A stretch of 64,000 nucleotides of DNA from Anaerovoracaceae bacterium. GTDB lineage: Bacteria; Bacillota; Clostridia; Peptostreptococcales; Anaerovoracaceae. The position numbers and the translations under genes are program-made. Every line of letters starts with the position of its first letter. The first letter of the stretch is position 1. This document shows positions 30,084-40,400 of the stretch, in pieces. The DNA is taken from assembly GCA_051883095.1 (NCBI GenBank), contig JBJETB010000094.1, positions 25,111 through 89,110 of the forward strand. The letters run 5' to 3'. The notes under the pieces are model-generated. The model had not been told where the DNA came from. It did no database searches and worked only from the letters and a program-made list of their open reading frames with translations.

Positions 30084-30111
30084 TTGCAATCCTCACAGTT
30101 TTTGATATAAT
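30084..30111 (+). promoter_or_regulatory. Extended -10 sigma-A promoter for efp
   Basis: TTGCAA (30084-30089), a 16-nt spacer, TGATATAAT (30103-30111). Confidence 0.5.
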
Positions 30112-30180
30112 GGTTCTATCGTGAATTAAGTATGAATTATAAATATGAATTTTTTAAATTAAAGAATGGAGAGATAAAAA

Positions 30181-30741
30181 ATGATTTACGCTAGTGATTT
30201 TAGAAAAGGTATTACTTTTGAAATCAACGGAGAGCCGCATGTAGTTCTTGATTTCCAGCATGTAAAGCCTGGTAAGGGTGCTGCTTTCGTCAGAACCAAG
30301 TATAAGAACATTCTGACAGGCGCTACAAGAGAAGAAGCGTTCAATCCTGATGACAAGTTCCCTAAGGCCCACATTGAAACAAAGAGAATGCAGTATCTCT
30401 ATAACGACGGTGAACTTTACTACTTCATGGATCCTGAAACCTTCGAACAGGTTCCTCTGGCTTATGACCAGGTTGAAGAGGCAATCAAGTTCATGCGTGA
30501 GAACGATGAAGCAACTATCAAATTCTATAAGGGAAACGCATTCCTGGTAGAAGCAGATAACTTTGTTAATCTTAAGGTTGTAGAAACTGAACCGGGCGTA
30601 AAGGGCAACACTGCAACTAATGTAACCAAAGCTGCAACAGTTGAAACAGGCGCAGTAGTTCAGGTTCCTATCTTTATCGAAGAAGGCGAAGTTATTCAGA
30701 TTGACACAAGAGAAGGCATTTATTTAGGAAGAGCCAAATAA
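30181..30741 (+). CDS. efp: Elongation factor P
   Basis: 186 aa. Has the [15 protein letters not shown] loop. Confidence 0.95.
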   Translation: MIYASDFRKGITFEINGEPHVVLDFQHVKPGKGAAFVRTKYKNILTGATREEAFNPDDKFPKAHIETKRMQYLYNDGELYYFMDPETFEQVPLAYDQVEEAIKFMRENDEATIKFYKGNAFLVEADNFVNLKVVETEPGVKGNTATNVTKAATVETGAVVQVPIFIEEGEVIQIDTREGIYLGRAK

Positions 30742-30760
30742 AATTTACAAATTTATGCAA

Positions 30761-30795
30761 AAAAAGGACGCGAAGCTGATTTTGCGTCCTTTTGT
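30761..30795 (+). terminator. Rho-independent terminator after efp
   Basis: Stem GGACGC (30766-30771) / GCGTCC (30784-30789), flanked by an A-run and a T-run. Confidence 0.8.
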
Positions 30796-30813
30796 TAAAA
30801 ATGAGGTATTGAT

Positions 30814-31866
30814 ATGGATTTAAAGAAAAAGATTATAGTCGCAGTAATATGTATTGTACTGGTCATAGCAGCAGGCGCAGCAATCTACATAGGAGGAATG
30901 GGAAAGGCTCTTGATTCCGATAATACCCAGACCGTAAGTATTACCATACCTTCAGGCTCAGGTACCGGACAGATCGCCCAGCTGCTGGAAGATGAAGGCG
31001 TTATAAGCAGTGCGGACAAGTTCAAGCTCTGGTCGAGAATAAAGGGTTATGACAGCCAGTATAAGGCGGGGACTTATTCTCTTTCGCCGTCTATGGACCT
31101 TCAGCAGATAGCAGACATAATAGTTAGCGGCAAGGTTAACACAGTCAACTTTACCATACCTGAGGGATACACCATCTATCAGACTGCCCGCGCTATTGCA
31201 GACAAGGGTCTGGGGGATTATGACACCCTTGTTTCGCTCATGGAAGCAGCTGATTTTGACTACGATTTTCTGGACGGTGCGCAGAATAACAAGAACAAGC
31301 TGGAAGGATATCTTTTCCCGAACACTTATACAATAGACGAAGGTATGGGCGAAGAACAGATAATAAAGGTTATGCTGGATCAGTTTGAAAAGCAACCTTT
31401 AAAGGCCTATAATGACAAATTAGTAGATTCACAACATAACGGAGCTTCCGGTCGTTCTCTTAATGAGATCATAACAATTGCGTCCATTATAGAGAGAGAA
31501 TGCAAGGTAGACGAGGAGAGAAAACTGGTAGCCAGCGTTATATACAACAGGCTGGAAAAGGGTATGCCTCTGCAGATGTGCTCCACAGTCCAGTACGTGC
31601 TGGGCAAGCAGAAAGAAGTGCTGACTTATGCGGACACAAGAATAGAATCACCTTATAATACCTACACTAACGCAGGCTTGCCTCCGGGACCTATATGCTC
31701 TCCGGGACTTGCGGCAGTACAGGCAGCGCTTCATCCTGCAGACACGGATTATCTTTATTTCGTCCTCAGCGAGAAGCTGGACGGAACCAGCAATTTCTCA
31801 TCAGACTACGCACAATTTGAGAGGGACAAGGCTGCTTATGATAAAGCATATACAGCAGCTCATTAA
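30814..31866 (+). CDS. mltG: Endolytic murein transglycosylase MltG (YceG-like)
   Basis: 350 aa with an N-terminal TM anchor and YceG-domain character (LASIIERE-type motif IASIIEREC). Confidence 0.9.
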   Translation: MDLKKKIIVAVICIVLVIAAGAAIYIGGMGKALDSDNTQTVSITIPSGSGTGQIAQLLEDEGVISSADKFKLWSRIKGYDSQYKAGTYSLSPSMDLQQIADIIVSGKVNTVNFTIPEGYTIYQTARAIADKGLGDYDTLVSLMEAADFDYDFLDGAQNNKNKLEGYLFPNTYTIDEGMGEEQIIKVMLDQFEKQPLKAYNDKLVDSQHNGASGRSLNEIITIASIIERECKVDEERKLVASVIYNRLEKGMPLQMCSTVQYVLGKQKEVLTYADTRIESPYNTYTNAGLPPGPICSPGLAAVQAALHPADTDYLYFVLSEKLDGTSNFSSDYAQFERDKAAYDKAYTAAH

Positions 31867-31871
31867 TTAAT

Positions 31872-32534
31872 ATGGAAAGAAACATTACAAACGATATTGT
31901 AACTGAATATATAAACGGATTTTATACACCGGTATCACCTGAACTGGGGGCACTGCGCCTCGAAGCCGAAGCCCAGAAGGTTCCAATTATACTTAAGGAG
32001 ACCGAAAGTTTTCTGAGAGTTCTCCTCAGCATTGCTGAACCGGAACGCATACTGGAAATCGGATGCGCTGTGGGATATTCGGCCATGTTTTTCAGCGCGG
32101 TGACAGGTGCGGAAGTAGTTACCGTGGAGAAGGACCCGGAAATGGCAGCGAAAGCTTCAAACAACATAAAAAGGCTTGGCTTTGATGATAAAATTCGTAT
32201 TGTAGAGGGAGATGGCGAAGAGTGCGTAAATCGCCTTTTTGAGCAAGGAGAGGAACCGTTTGATATTGTTTTCATCGATGCAGCAAAAAGCCACTACAAA
32301 CGTTTTTTAGAGGCTTCCTGGAAGCTGTGCAGGCAGGGAACCGTGATAATATCCGACAACGTGCTTTTTAAGGCTCGCATAGCTTCTGATATCTACGATC
32401 CGACAGGAAAACACAAGACAAATATAAAGAAAATGCGGGAATATGTGGATTTCATAACTTCCGATTCACGTTTGGAGACATCTGTTATTGCCTGCGGCGA
32501 CGGTGTTTCCGTAAGCAAAATAAAAAAATTATAG
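31872..32534 (+). CDS. Class I SAM-dependent O-methyltransferase (YrrM/TrmR-like)
   Basis: Has SAM motif I (LEIGCAVGYSA). Sits in the conserved position after mltG. Confidence 0.8.
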   Translation: MERNITNDIVTEYINGFYTPVSPELGALRLEAEAQKVPIILKETESFLRVLLSIAEPERILEIGCAVGYSAMFFSAVTGAEVVTVEKDPEMAAKASNNIKRLGFDDKIRIVEGDGEECVNRLFEQGEEPFDIVFIDAAKSHYKRFLEASWKLCRQGTVIISDNVLFKARIASDIYDPTGKHKTNIKKMREYVDFITSDSRLETSVIACGDGVSVSKIKKL

Positions 32535-32551
32535 AATTCACAGGAGTTTAA

Positions 32552-33787
32552 ATGAAAAAAATGGAACTGCTGGCACCTGCCGGTGATCTTGAAAAACTTA
32601 AGATAGCAGTACTCTATGGAGCAGATGCTGTATACTTCGGCGGAGAGATGTTTTCTCTCAGAGCCGGAGCAGGTAATATGACCATGGAGGAAATGAAAGA
32701 AGGTATCGATTTTGCCCACGCACGGGGTGTCAAGTGCTACCTTGCTCTCAACATTTTCGCTCATAACGAGGATATAGAACCTCTGAGAGAATACCTGACA
32801 GCTATAAAGAATTCCGGCATAGATGCTTTTATTGTAAGCGACCCGGGAATTGTAACTCTTGTTCAGGAGATAATCCCGGAAGCTGAAATACATCTGAGCA
32901 CTCAGGCCAATATGACCAATTACCAGACGGCAAAATTCTGGTACAATATGGGCATCAAGAGAATTGTGCTGGCCAGAGAGCTTACATTTAAAGAAATAAA
33001 AGAACTTCGTGACAATACACCAGCAGACCTTGAATTTGAAGCTTTTGTTCACGGAGCCATGTGCATTTCCTATTCGGGAAGGTGTCTGCTTTCCAACTTT
33101 ATGATAGAGCGTGACGCCAACAGAGGCATGTGCGCACATCCTTGCAGATGGAAGTATGCTCTGGTGGAGGAACAGCGTCCGGGACAGTATTATCCCATAG
33201 AAGAGGATGAACGCGGCACATATATTCTCAATTCCAGAGATCTATGTATGATAGAATACATTCCTCAGCTGGCTGAATCCGGTATTACTTCTATAAAAAT
33301 AGAAGGCAGAATGAAAAGCGTTTTTTATGTGGCGACCATCGTTTCAGCATACAGAAAGGCTATTGATTCGTATTATGCAGACCCCCAGGGCTATGAATTT
33401 AAAGAAGAGTGGATGAGTGAGCTGAAAAAAGTAAGCCACAGAGAGTTCACCACGGGCTTTTACTTTGACAAGCCTACAAACAAGGATCAGAACTACCAGA
33501 CCAGTGCTTATACAAGGGATTATACCTTTACCGGAATGGTAAAGAGTTATGATGAGGAAACAGGATATGCCATCGTGGAGCAGCGAAACAAGATGGTTAT
33601 CGGTGATGAAATAGAGATTTTCGGACCGGGAACTGATTTCTTTATCCAGCAGCTGACAGAAATGTACAATGAGGAGGGTGAGCCAATAGATGCGGCACCT
33701 CATCCTCAGCAGATACTCAAGATAAAAATGAATAAACCGGTAAAAGAAAATTTCATGCTCAGAAAGAAAAAGGAGAAAGGAAACTGA
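32552..33787 (+). CDS. Peptidase U32 family protein (YrrO/TrhP-like)
   Basis: Has the U32 signature EAFVHGAMCISYSGRCLLSN. Confidence 0.85.
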   Translation: MKKMELLAPAGDLEKLKIAVLYGADAVYFGGEMFSLRAGAGNMTMEEMKEGIDFAHARGVKCYLALNIFAHNEDIEPLREYLTAIKNSGIDAFIVSDPGIVTLVQEIIPEAEIHLSTQANMTNYQTAKFWYNMGIKRIVLARELTFKEIKELRDNTPADLEFEAFVHGAMCISYSGRCLLSNFMIERDANRGMCAHPCRWKYALVEEQRPGQYYPIEEDERGTYILNSRDLCMIEYIPQLAESGITSIKIEGRMKSVFYVATIVSAYRKAIDSYYADPQGYEFKEEWMSELKKVSHREFTTGFYFDKPTNKDQNYQTSAYTRDYTFTGMVKSYDEETGYAIVEQRNKMVIGDEIEIFGPGTDFFIQQLTEMYNEEGEPIDAAPHPQQILKIKMNKPVKENFMLRKKKEKGN

Positions 33788-33788
33788 T

Positions 33789-35009
33789 ATGTCAAATGAC
33801 CTAGGCAGCGTCCCCATGCAGACGGGGATAATTCTGTTACTTATTGCTATTCACGGATTGTTCGTGCTTATTAACACAGCTTTGGGAGCCGCAGGCAGAA
33901 ATAAAGAAAAGCTGGCAAGTGCCAACAAGCTTATTATTCTGCTGTGTGCAGTGTTCGGAGGCTGGCTGGCCTTTACCGAGATATGGAAACTGGTTGTTTA
34001 CCTTGTTCTTCTGGTATCACTGGGCCAGTATTTTCCGAGAAAAATAGCTCTGCAGCATGCTGAATCAATAGCAGAGAAAACTTTGCCTTTTGATGATGCT
34101 GCCGCTACGATTCTTAGGCCTGTTACCTGGATACTTATGCTTATTGCCGACATACTGCTTCGGCTCTTCCGTCAGAAGACAAAGGTGGACGACGGTGAGT
34201 TCTCAGAGGAGGAAGTCATGTCAATGCTTGAGGTCGGCCAGGAGACCGGTGTTATCAAAGAAGAGGGCAAGAAGATGATAAACTCTATCTTTGCCTTTGA
34301 TGACAAACTGGCATACGAAGTAATGACTCCGAGGACAGATGTTTTCCTCATAGACATAGAGGATCAGCCTGAAGAATATCTGGACGACCTTATGACTTTG
34401 AGACATTCGAGAATTCCTGTCTGCGAGGGAGAAACGGATAATATTATAGGCATTCTCAATATCAAGGATTACCTGATAAAAGCACGAGAAGACGGATTCG
34501 ACGCTGTTGATATCAAATCAATTCTCAGAAAGGCCTATTTTGTCCCTGAAACGAAGAATATCGATTCTCTTTTCTTCGAGCTGCAGAAGACCAAACAGCA
34601 GATAGCCATCCTCATAGACGAATACGGCGGATTCAGCGGCATTGTAACCATGGAGGACATTATCGAGCAGGTAATGGGAGACATCGATGACGAGTACGAC
34701 GAAGAGGAGGAAATCATTGATAAGATAGATGATAACACTTACCTAGTCGACGGTGATGTGAGTCTGGACGATTTAGATGAGGAAATCGGCGTTAATCTTG
34801 AGTCTGAAAGCAGTGAAACCATCGGAGGCTTTATCATAGATATTCTGGGAGAAATTCCTGATGAATCCGATGTAGGCAGAATTGTAGAATTTGAAAACTA
34901 TCAGTTTAAGATAATGGCTATCGGGGAGCGTCGAATTGAAAGAGTCAAAATCTATATTCTGGAAAAAGATGATAATGACGACAGAGATTCCGCTTCAGAA
35001 GGCGAATAA
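33789..35009 (+). CDS. CNNM/DUF21-CBS-CorC_HlyC family (hemolysin-like) membrane protein
   Basis: N-terminal TM region, a CBS pair and a C-terminal transporter-associated domain, with an acidic tail. Confidence 0.85.
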   Translation: MSNDLGSVPMQTGIILLLIAIHGLFVLINTALGAAGRNKEKLASANKLIILLCAVFGGWLAFTEIWKLVVYLVLLVSLGQYFPRKIALQHAESIAEKTLPFDDAAATILRPVTWILMLIADILLRLFRQKTKVDDGEFSEEEVMSMLEVGQETGVIKEEGKKMINSIFAFDDKLAYEVMTPRTDVFLIDIEDQPEEYLDDLMTLRHSRIPVCEGETDNIIGILNIKDYLIKAREDGFDAVDIKSILRKAYFVPETKNIDSLFFELQKTKQQIAILIDEYGGFSGIVTMEDIIEQVMGDIDDEYDEEEEIIDKIDDNTYLVDGDVSLDDLDEEIGVNLESESSETIGGFIIDILGEIPDESDVGRIVEFENYQFKIMAIGERRIERVKIYILEKDDNDDRDSASEGE

Positions 35010-35025
35010 AACATTATTAATAATA

Positions 35026-35054
35026 TTGATTTTTTTCTGCATTTTTGATACAAT
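35026..35054 (+). promoter_or_regulatory. Extended -10 sigma-A promoter for the NuoE/NuoF-like operon
   Basis: TTGATT (35026-35031), a 17-nt spacer, TGATACAAT (35046-35054). Confidence 0.55.
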
Positions 35055-35129
35055 GAAGAATGGTTTTGGTGTAATTATTTAAACAATTTAATTAATTTAA
35101 ACATTTTAGAATTATAGAGAGGTACTAGA

Positions 35130-35654
35130 ATGAGTGAGAATGTATGCAAATGCAATTGCGATTGTGCCGAAAACAGAAAAGCTCAGTTCGCTGAACTTCA
35201 GCCTGTTTTAGACCAATATGCAAAGGTGCCGGGTAGTTTGATTACTATTCTGCAGAAGGCTCAGGATATTTACGGTTATCTTTCAGTAGATACCATAAAC
35301 TACATATCCGAAGCTACGGGCATCAAGCCTGCAAAAATTTACGGTGTGGCTACTTTCTATGCACAGTTCAGACTGCAGCCTATAGGCAAGTATCTGATTA
35401 TGCTCTGCCAGGGTACTGCATGCCACGTTAACGGTTCCGAAATGATTGAGGAAGCCGTATGTGAGTATCTGAACATACAGGACGGAGAGACCACCGATGA
35501 TGGACTTTTCACACTTAACAACGTAGCATGTCTGGGCTGCTGCTCACTGGCTCCTGTTATGATGGTAAGAAGTGCCGAGGGAGATGAAACTTACGGAAAC
35601 CTTACAAAAGACAAAGTTAAGCAGATTCTCGCTGAAATCAAGGAAAGAGCATAG
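35130..35654 (+). CDS. NuoE/HydC-like [2Fe-2S] thioredoxin-fold subunit
   Basis: Cys ligand pattern CQGTACH...CLGCCSLAP. Confidence 0.85.
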   Translation: MSENVCKCNCDCAENRKAQFAELQPVLDQYAKVPGSLITILQKAQDIYGYLSVDTINYISEATGIKPAKIYGVATFYAQFRLQPIGKYLIMLCQGTACHVNGSEMIEEAVCEYLNIQDGETTDDGLFTLNNVACLGCCSLAPVMMVRSAEGDETYGNLTKDKVKQILAEIKERA

Positions 35655-35666
35655 GAGGTGACATAG

Positions 35667-37415
35667 ATGAGAATTGTTGTAGGCGAAGGCAGCTGCGGTA
35701 TCGCTACCGGAGCTAAGAAGACCGCTGCAGAATTTGAAAAGCAGATAAAAGAAAAGAACCTCGATGTTAAAGTTGACATTACAGGCTGCGTAGGTACATG
35801 TTACCTTGAACCTATCGTTGACGTTTACGATGACAACGGCGAAATGACCAGATATGTCAAGGTTCAGCCTGACAAGGTTGCAGAAATCGTTGAAAGTCAT
35901 CTTGTTAACCACAAGGTTTGTGAAGAACAGGCTATTTCAGAGGAAGACAAGCAGTTTGTTGCAAAGCAGCAGAGAGTAGTTCTCAGAAACTGTGGCGTTA
36001 TCAACCCTGAAAACATAGAAGAATACATAGCTGTTGACGGATATAAGGCCATTGAAAAAGTCCTTACCTCAATGAAACCTGAAGAAGTTATCGAAGAGAT
36101 CAAGATTTCAGGTCTGAGAGGAAGAGGCGGTGCAGGTTTCCCGACCTGGTTCAAGTGGAATGCCTGCAAGCAGAGCCCGGGCAATGAAAAGTATCTTGTA
36201 TGTAATGCCGACGAAGGTGACCCGGGTGCATTCATGGACCGTTCCGTACTTGAAGGCGACCCTCATTCACTCCTCGAAGGTATGATTATAGGCGGTTATG
36301 CAATGGGAGCATCCCAGGGCGTTATATACTGTCGTGCTGAATATCCTCTTGCAATCAAGAGACTTGAAATCGCTATGGCTCAGGCAAGAGAGAAGGGATT
36401 CCTGGGCAAGAACATCTTCGGAAGCGGATTCGATTTCGATATTTATATCAAGGCAGGTGCCGGCGCATTCGTATGCGGTGAAGAAACTGCTCTTATCGCT
36501 TCTCTTGAAGGTGAAAGAGGTATGCCTAGACTTAAACCTCCTTTCCCTGCTGCAAAGGGATTCTGGCAGAAGCCGACAGATATTAACAACGTAGAAACTC
36601 TTGCCAACGTTCCTTGGATTATCTACAACGGCGGAGCTGCTTTCGGAGCTATGGGTACCGAGCAGTCAAAGGGCACCAAGGTATTCGCTCTTGCAGGAAA
36701 GATTAAGAAGGGCGGACTTGTTGAAGTTCCAATGGGACTTACATTAAGAGAAGTTATCTTCGGAATCGGCGGCGGCATCAAGAACGACAGACAGTTCAAG
36801 GCTGTACAGATGGGCGGACCTTCCGGCGGATGTATTCCTGCTGAACTTATCGATACTCCTGTTACATATGAAGACATCAATAAGACAGGCGCTATCGTAG
36901 GTTCCGGTGGTATGATCGTAATGGACGAGGATACCTGCATGGTAGATATGGCAAGATACTTCCTCAACTTCACTCGTGACGAGTCCTGCGGAAAATGTAA
37001 CTACTGCCGTATCGGTACCAAGAGAATGCTTGAGATTCTCGAAAGAATCACCAAAGGTGAAGGTCAGGACGGAGATATCGAAAAGCTGGAAGAACTGGCA
37101 ATGAAGATCAAGGATGGCTCACTCTGCGGACTTGGCCAGACTGCTCCTAACCCTGTACTCACTACTCTTAAATACTTCAGAAACGAATATAAAGACCATA
37201 TTTACAACCACAAGTGTACAGCACATTCATGTAAAGCTCTCATCAGCTTCAGTATTACTGACAAGTGTAAGGGATGTACGCTCTGTTCCAAGAAGTGTCC
37301 TGTTGGCGCTATCTCAGGAGAGGTTAAGGGTCAGCATGTTATCGACCAGACTAAGTGTATCAAGTGCGGCAAGTGTCTTGAGACATGCAAGTTTGGTGCA
37401 ATAGAAAAAGAATAG
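35667..37415 (+). CDS. NuoF/HydB-like FMN- and NAD(H)-binding iron-sulfur flavoprotein
   Basis: GRGGAGFPT motif, ESCGKCNYCR (N3-type cluster), an N-terminal thioredoxin-like domain and C-terminal 2x[4Fe-4S] ferredoxin motifs (CKGCTLCSKKCP, CIKCGKCLETC). Confidence 0.9.
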   Translation: MRIVVGEGSCGIATGAKKTAAEFEKQIKEKNLDVKVDITGCVGTCYLEPIVDVYDDNGEMTRYVKVQPDKVAEIVESHLVNHKVCEEQAISEEDKQFVAKQQRVVLRNCGVINPENIEEYIAVDGYKAIEKVLTSMKPEEVIEEIKISGLRGRGGAGFPTWFKWNACKQSPGNEKYLVCNADEGDPGAFMDRSVLEGDPHSLLEGMIIGGYAMGASQGVIYCRAEYPLAIKRLEIAMAQAREKGFLGKNIFGSGFDFDIYIKAGAGAFVCGEETALIASLEGERGMPRLKPPFPAAKGFWQKPTDINNVETLANVPWIIYNGGAAFGAMGTEQSKGTKVFALAGKIKKGGLVEVPMGLTLREVIFGIGGGIKNDRQFKAVQMGGPSGGCIPAELIDTPVTYEDINKTGAIVGSGGMIVMDEDTCMVDMARYFLNFTRDESCGKCNYCRIGTKRMLEILERITKGEGQDGDIEKLEELAMKIKDGSLCGLGQTAPNPVLTTLKYFRNEYKDHIYNHKCTAHSCKALISFSITDKCKGCTLCSKKCPVGAISGEVKGQHVIDQTKCIKCGKCLETCKFGAIEKE

Positions 37416-37431
37416 GGGAGGAGGAAGCAAA

Positions 37432-40400
37432 ATGAATAAATTCAGATTAAATATCAACGGCAAAGAAGTTTTAGGCGTTGCCGGTCAGACTATTCTTGAA
37501 GTTGCCAAAGAGAATGACATTTATATTCCTACTCTTTGTTATGACGAAAGAACCAAGATTTACGGTTCCTGCGGACTTTGCATGTGCGAAGTAGAAGGAA
37601 ACCCTAAACTGTGCAAGGCTTGCGCTACTGAAATCGCTCCTGGCATGGTAATCAGAACTAATACAGAAAGAGTAATCGAATCAAGAAAAACCAACCTTGA
37701 GCTTTTACTTTCCAACCACGTAGGTGACTGCAGACCTCCTTGCGTACTGGCATGCCCTGCTCATACTGACTGCCAGGGCTATGTAGGACTCATCGCCAAC
37801 GGTGAATATGAAGAAGCAATCAAGCTCATAAAGGATAAGATTCCTCTGCCTGCAGCTCTGGGAAGAGTATGTCCTCATCCTTGTGAAGAAGCTTGCAGAC
37901 GCGGACTTATCGACGAGCCGATTTCAATTCAGCAGCTTAAACGTTTTGCTGCAGACAACGACCTTGACGGAGAAGCTTTCATGCCTGAGTGCGAAGAAGA
38001 CACTGGCAAGAGCGTAGCTATTATCGGTGGCGGCCCTATGGGTCTTTCCGCAGCATATTTCCTGAGACAGATGGGACACGCAGTGACTATCTTCGAAGCA
38101 ATGCCTAAGGCAGGCGGTATGCTTAGATATGGTATTCCTGAATACAGACTTCCTAAGGCTGTTCTGGACGAAGAAATCGCTACCATCGAAGCCATGGGTG
38201 TTGAAATCGTCACTAATACCAAGATCGGTGAGGATATTCCTTTTGAAACTGTTCAGGAAGATTTTGACGCAGTTCTTCTTGGTATCGGTGCATGGGTATC
38301 CACAGGTGTAGGATGTCCTGGAGAAGACGCTGAAGGCGTTATCGGCGGTATTGATTTCCTGAGAAAGGTTGTAAGAAACGAAGAAATAAAGCTTGGCGAA
38401 AAGGTTGCTATCGTCGGAGGCGGAAACACCGCTATGGACGCCTGCAGAACTGCAGTAAGACTGGGTGCCAAGGAAGTTTACAACATTTACAGAAGAACCA
38501 AGGACGAAATGCCTGCTGATATGGTAGAAATCGAAGAGGCAGAAGAAGAAGGCGTAATCTTCAAGAACCTGACCAACCCTCTTGAAGTTGTCAAGGATGA
38601 AAACGGTCATGTAAAGGAAGTTGTTCTTCAGGTAATGGAACTTGGTGAACCTGATGCTTCCGGAAGAAGAAAGCCTATTCCTGTAGAAGGAAAGACAGAG
38701 ACTCTTCCTATCGATACCATGATTCTTGCCATCGGTCAGGCAGTAGACGCTTCCATGTTTGACTGCGACAAGACAAGAAAGAATGCAATCGCATACGATC
38801 CTGATACATTCATGACCAGCATTTCTGGCGTATTTGCCGGCGGTGACTGCGGTAACGACAAGATCTCCATCGCAGTTGAAGCTATCGCTGATGCAAAGAA
38901 GGTATCAGACATTATAGACGCTTACCTTTACGGTGAACACATTAAATACGAAAAACCGTATGTAGTTGAAAGAGACGACATCACAGAAAAGACTTTCGAA
39001 GATAGAGAGAGAATGTGCAGACCTGAACTTCCGCAGCTCAGCGCAGAAGAAAGAAAGGACAACTTCACTGAGGTTATCCCTTGCGCATATACAGAAGAAC
39101 AGGCAGAAGCAGAAGCACACAGATGTCTTGAATGCGGATGCCACGACTACTACGAATGTAAGCTTATCGACCTTGCAAACCAGTACGATGTGCATCCTGA
39201 AAGATTTGCCGGCGAAAAGCACGCTATCGAGTTCGAGGATAATCATCCGTTCATCGTAAGAGACCCTAACAAGTGTATCCTCTGCGGACTTTGCGTAAGA
39301 GTCTGTGACGAGGTTATGGGTGTAGGAGCTCTCGGACTTGTAAACAGAGGTTTCGATACGGTAGTTAAGCCTAATATGGAAAAACCGCTTGCTGAATCCG
39401 GATGTATTTCCTGCGGTCAGTGTGTAAGCGTTTGTCCTACAGGCGCTCTCCAGGAAAGAACTACTATGATTAAGGAAACTCCTGTAAGAACTGAGGAAAC
39501 TCTTACTACATGCTCATACTGCTCCGTAGGCTGCTCACTGAAGCTGGAAAGCTGCGGCGACATGCTTATCAAGGCTAACCCTGACAAGGAAGGCGCTGTA
39601 AACAAGGGTCTCCTCTGTGGTAAGGGCAAGTGGGGATTTGACTGCTCAATGCTTGAAGATAAGCTTGAAGATCCTTTCGTTAAGGAAGACGGCAGATTCA
39701 GAGAAGCTGATTACCACGAAGCTCTGGTACTGGTTGCAAAGAGATGCCAGACCATCGGAGCCAAGTACGGAAAGGATGCTATCGCAGTTTCGATTTCCGA
39801 CAGATATACAAACGAAGAAGCCTATGCACTCAAGAAGATGGCAGAGGTTATGGGAGCAAAGGTTCTCTGCATGAACAACAGAGCTAACGGACTCGAAAAA
39901 GTTCTTGGCTTCGATGCTTCCCCTAACACCATCGACGAACTGCTTTCAACCAATGTAATCTTAAAGGTTGGTTTCAAGGATGAAAACTCCAGAGTAATCG
40001 CTCTTAAGATGAAACAGGCTACAGAAGCAGGTGCTAAGGTTATCGATGTATGCAGCTGTGAAAACGACCTTGGATTACTTAAGGAAATCGCAAAAGCTAT
40101 CGTTGACAGCGGCAAGGCTAAGAAGGCTGCAGGCTACGATGAATTCGCTGCATCCCTTGCTGATGTTAAGGTTTCAGATGAAGCTAAGGCTATTGCAGAT
40201 GCTTACATGGGAGCTAAGAAGGCTATGATCGTATTCCAGCAGAATGTTCTTTCAGTAGAAGCTGCTGAGCTTGTTGGCGACATTGCAATGATTTCCGGTC
40301 ACATCGGAACTCCTCGTGACGGTATCCTTCTGGTTAAGGCTAAGAACAACTCACAGGGTCTTGTTGATATGGGCATCACTGCCGGCAAGGAAGCTCTTGA

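Noticed and set aside
35072-35108. Rex operator upstream of the Stn-like operon.
   Set aside because: The AT-rich direct repeat does not form the inverted TTGTGAA/TTCACAA (or TTGTTAA/TTAACAA) palindrome. It is kept only as an unassigned repeat.
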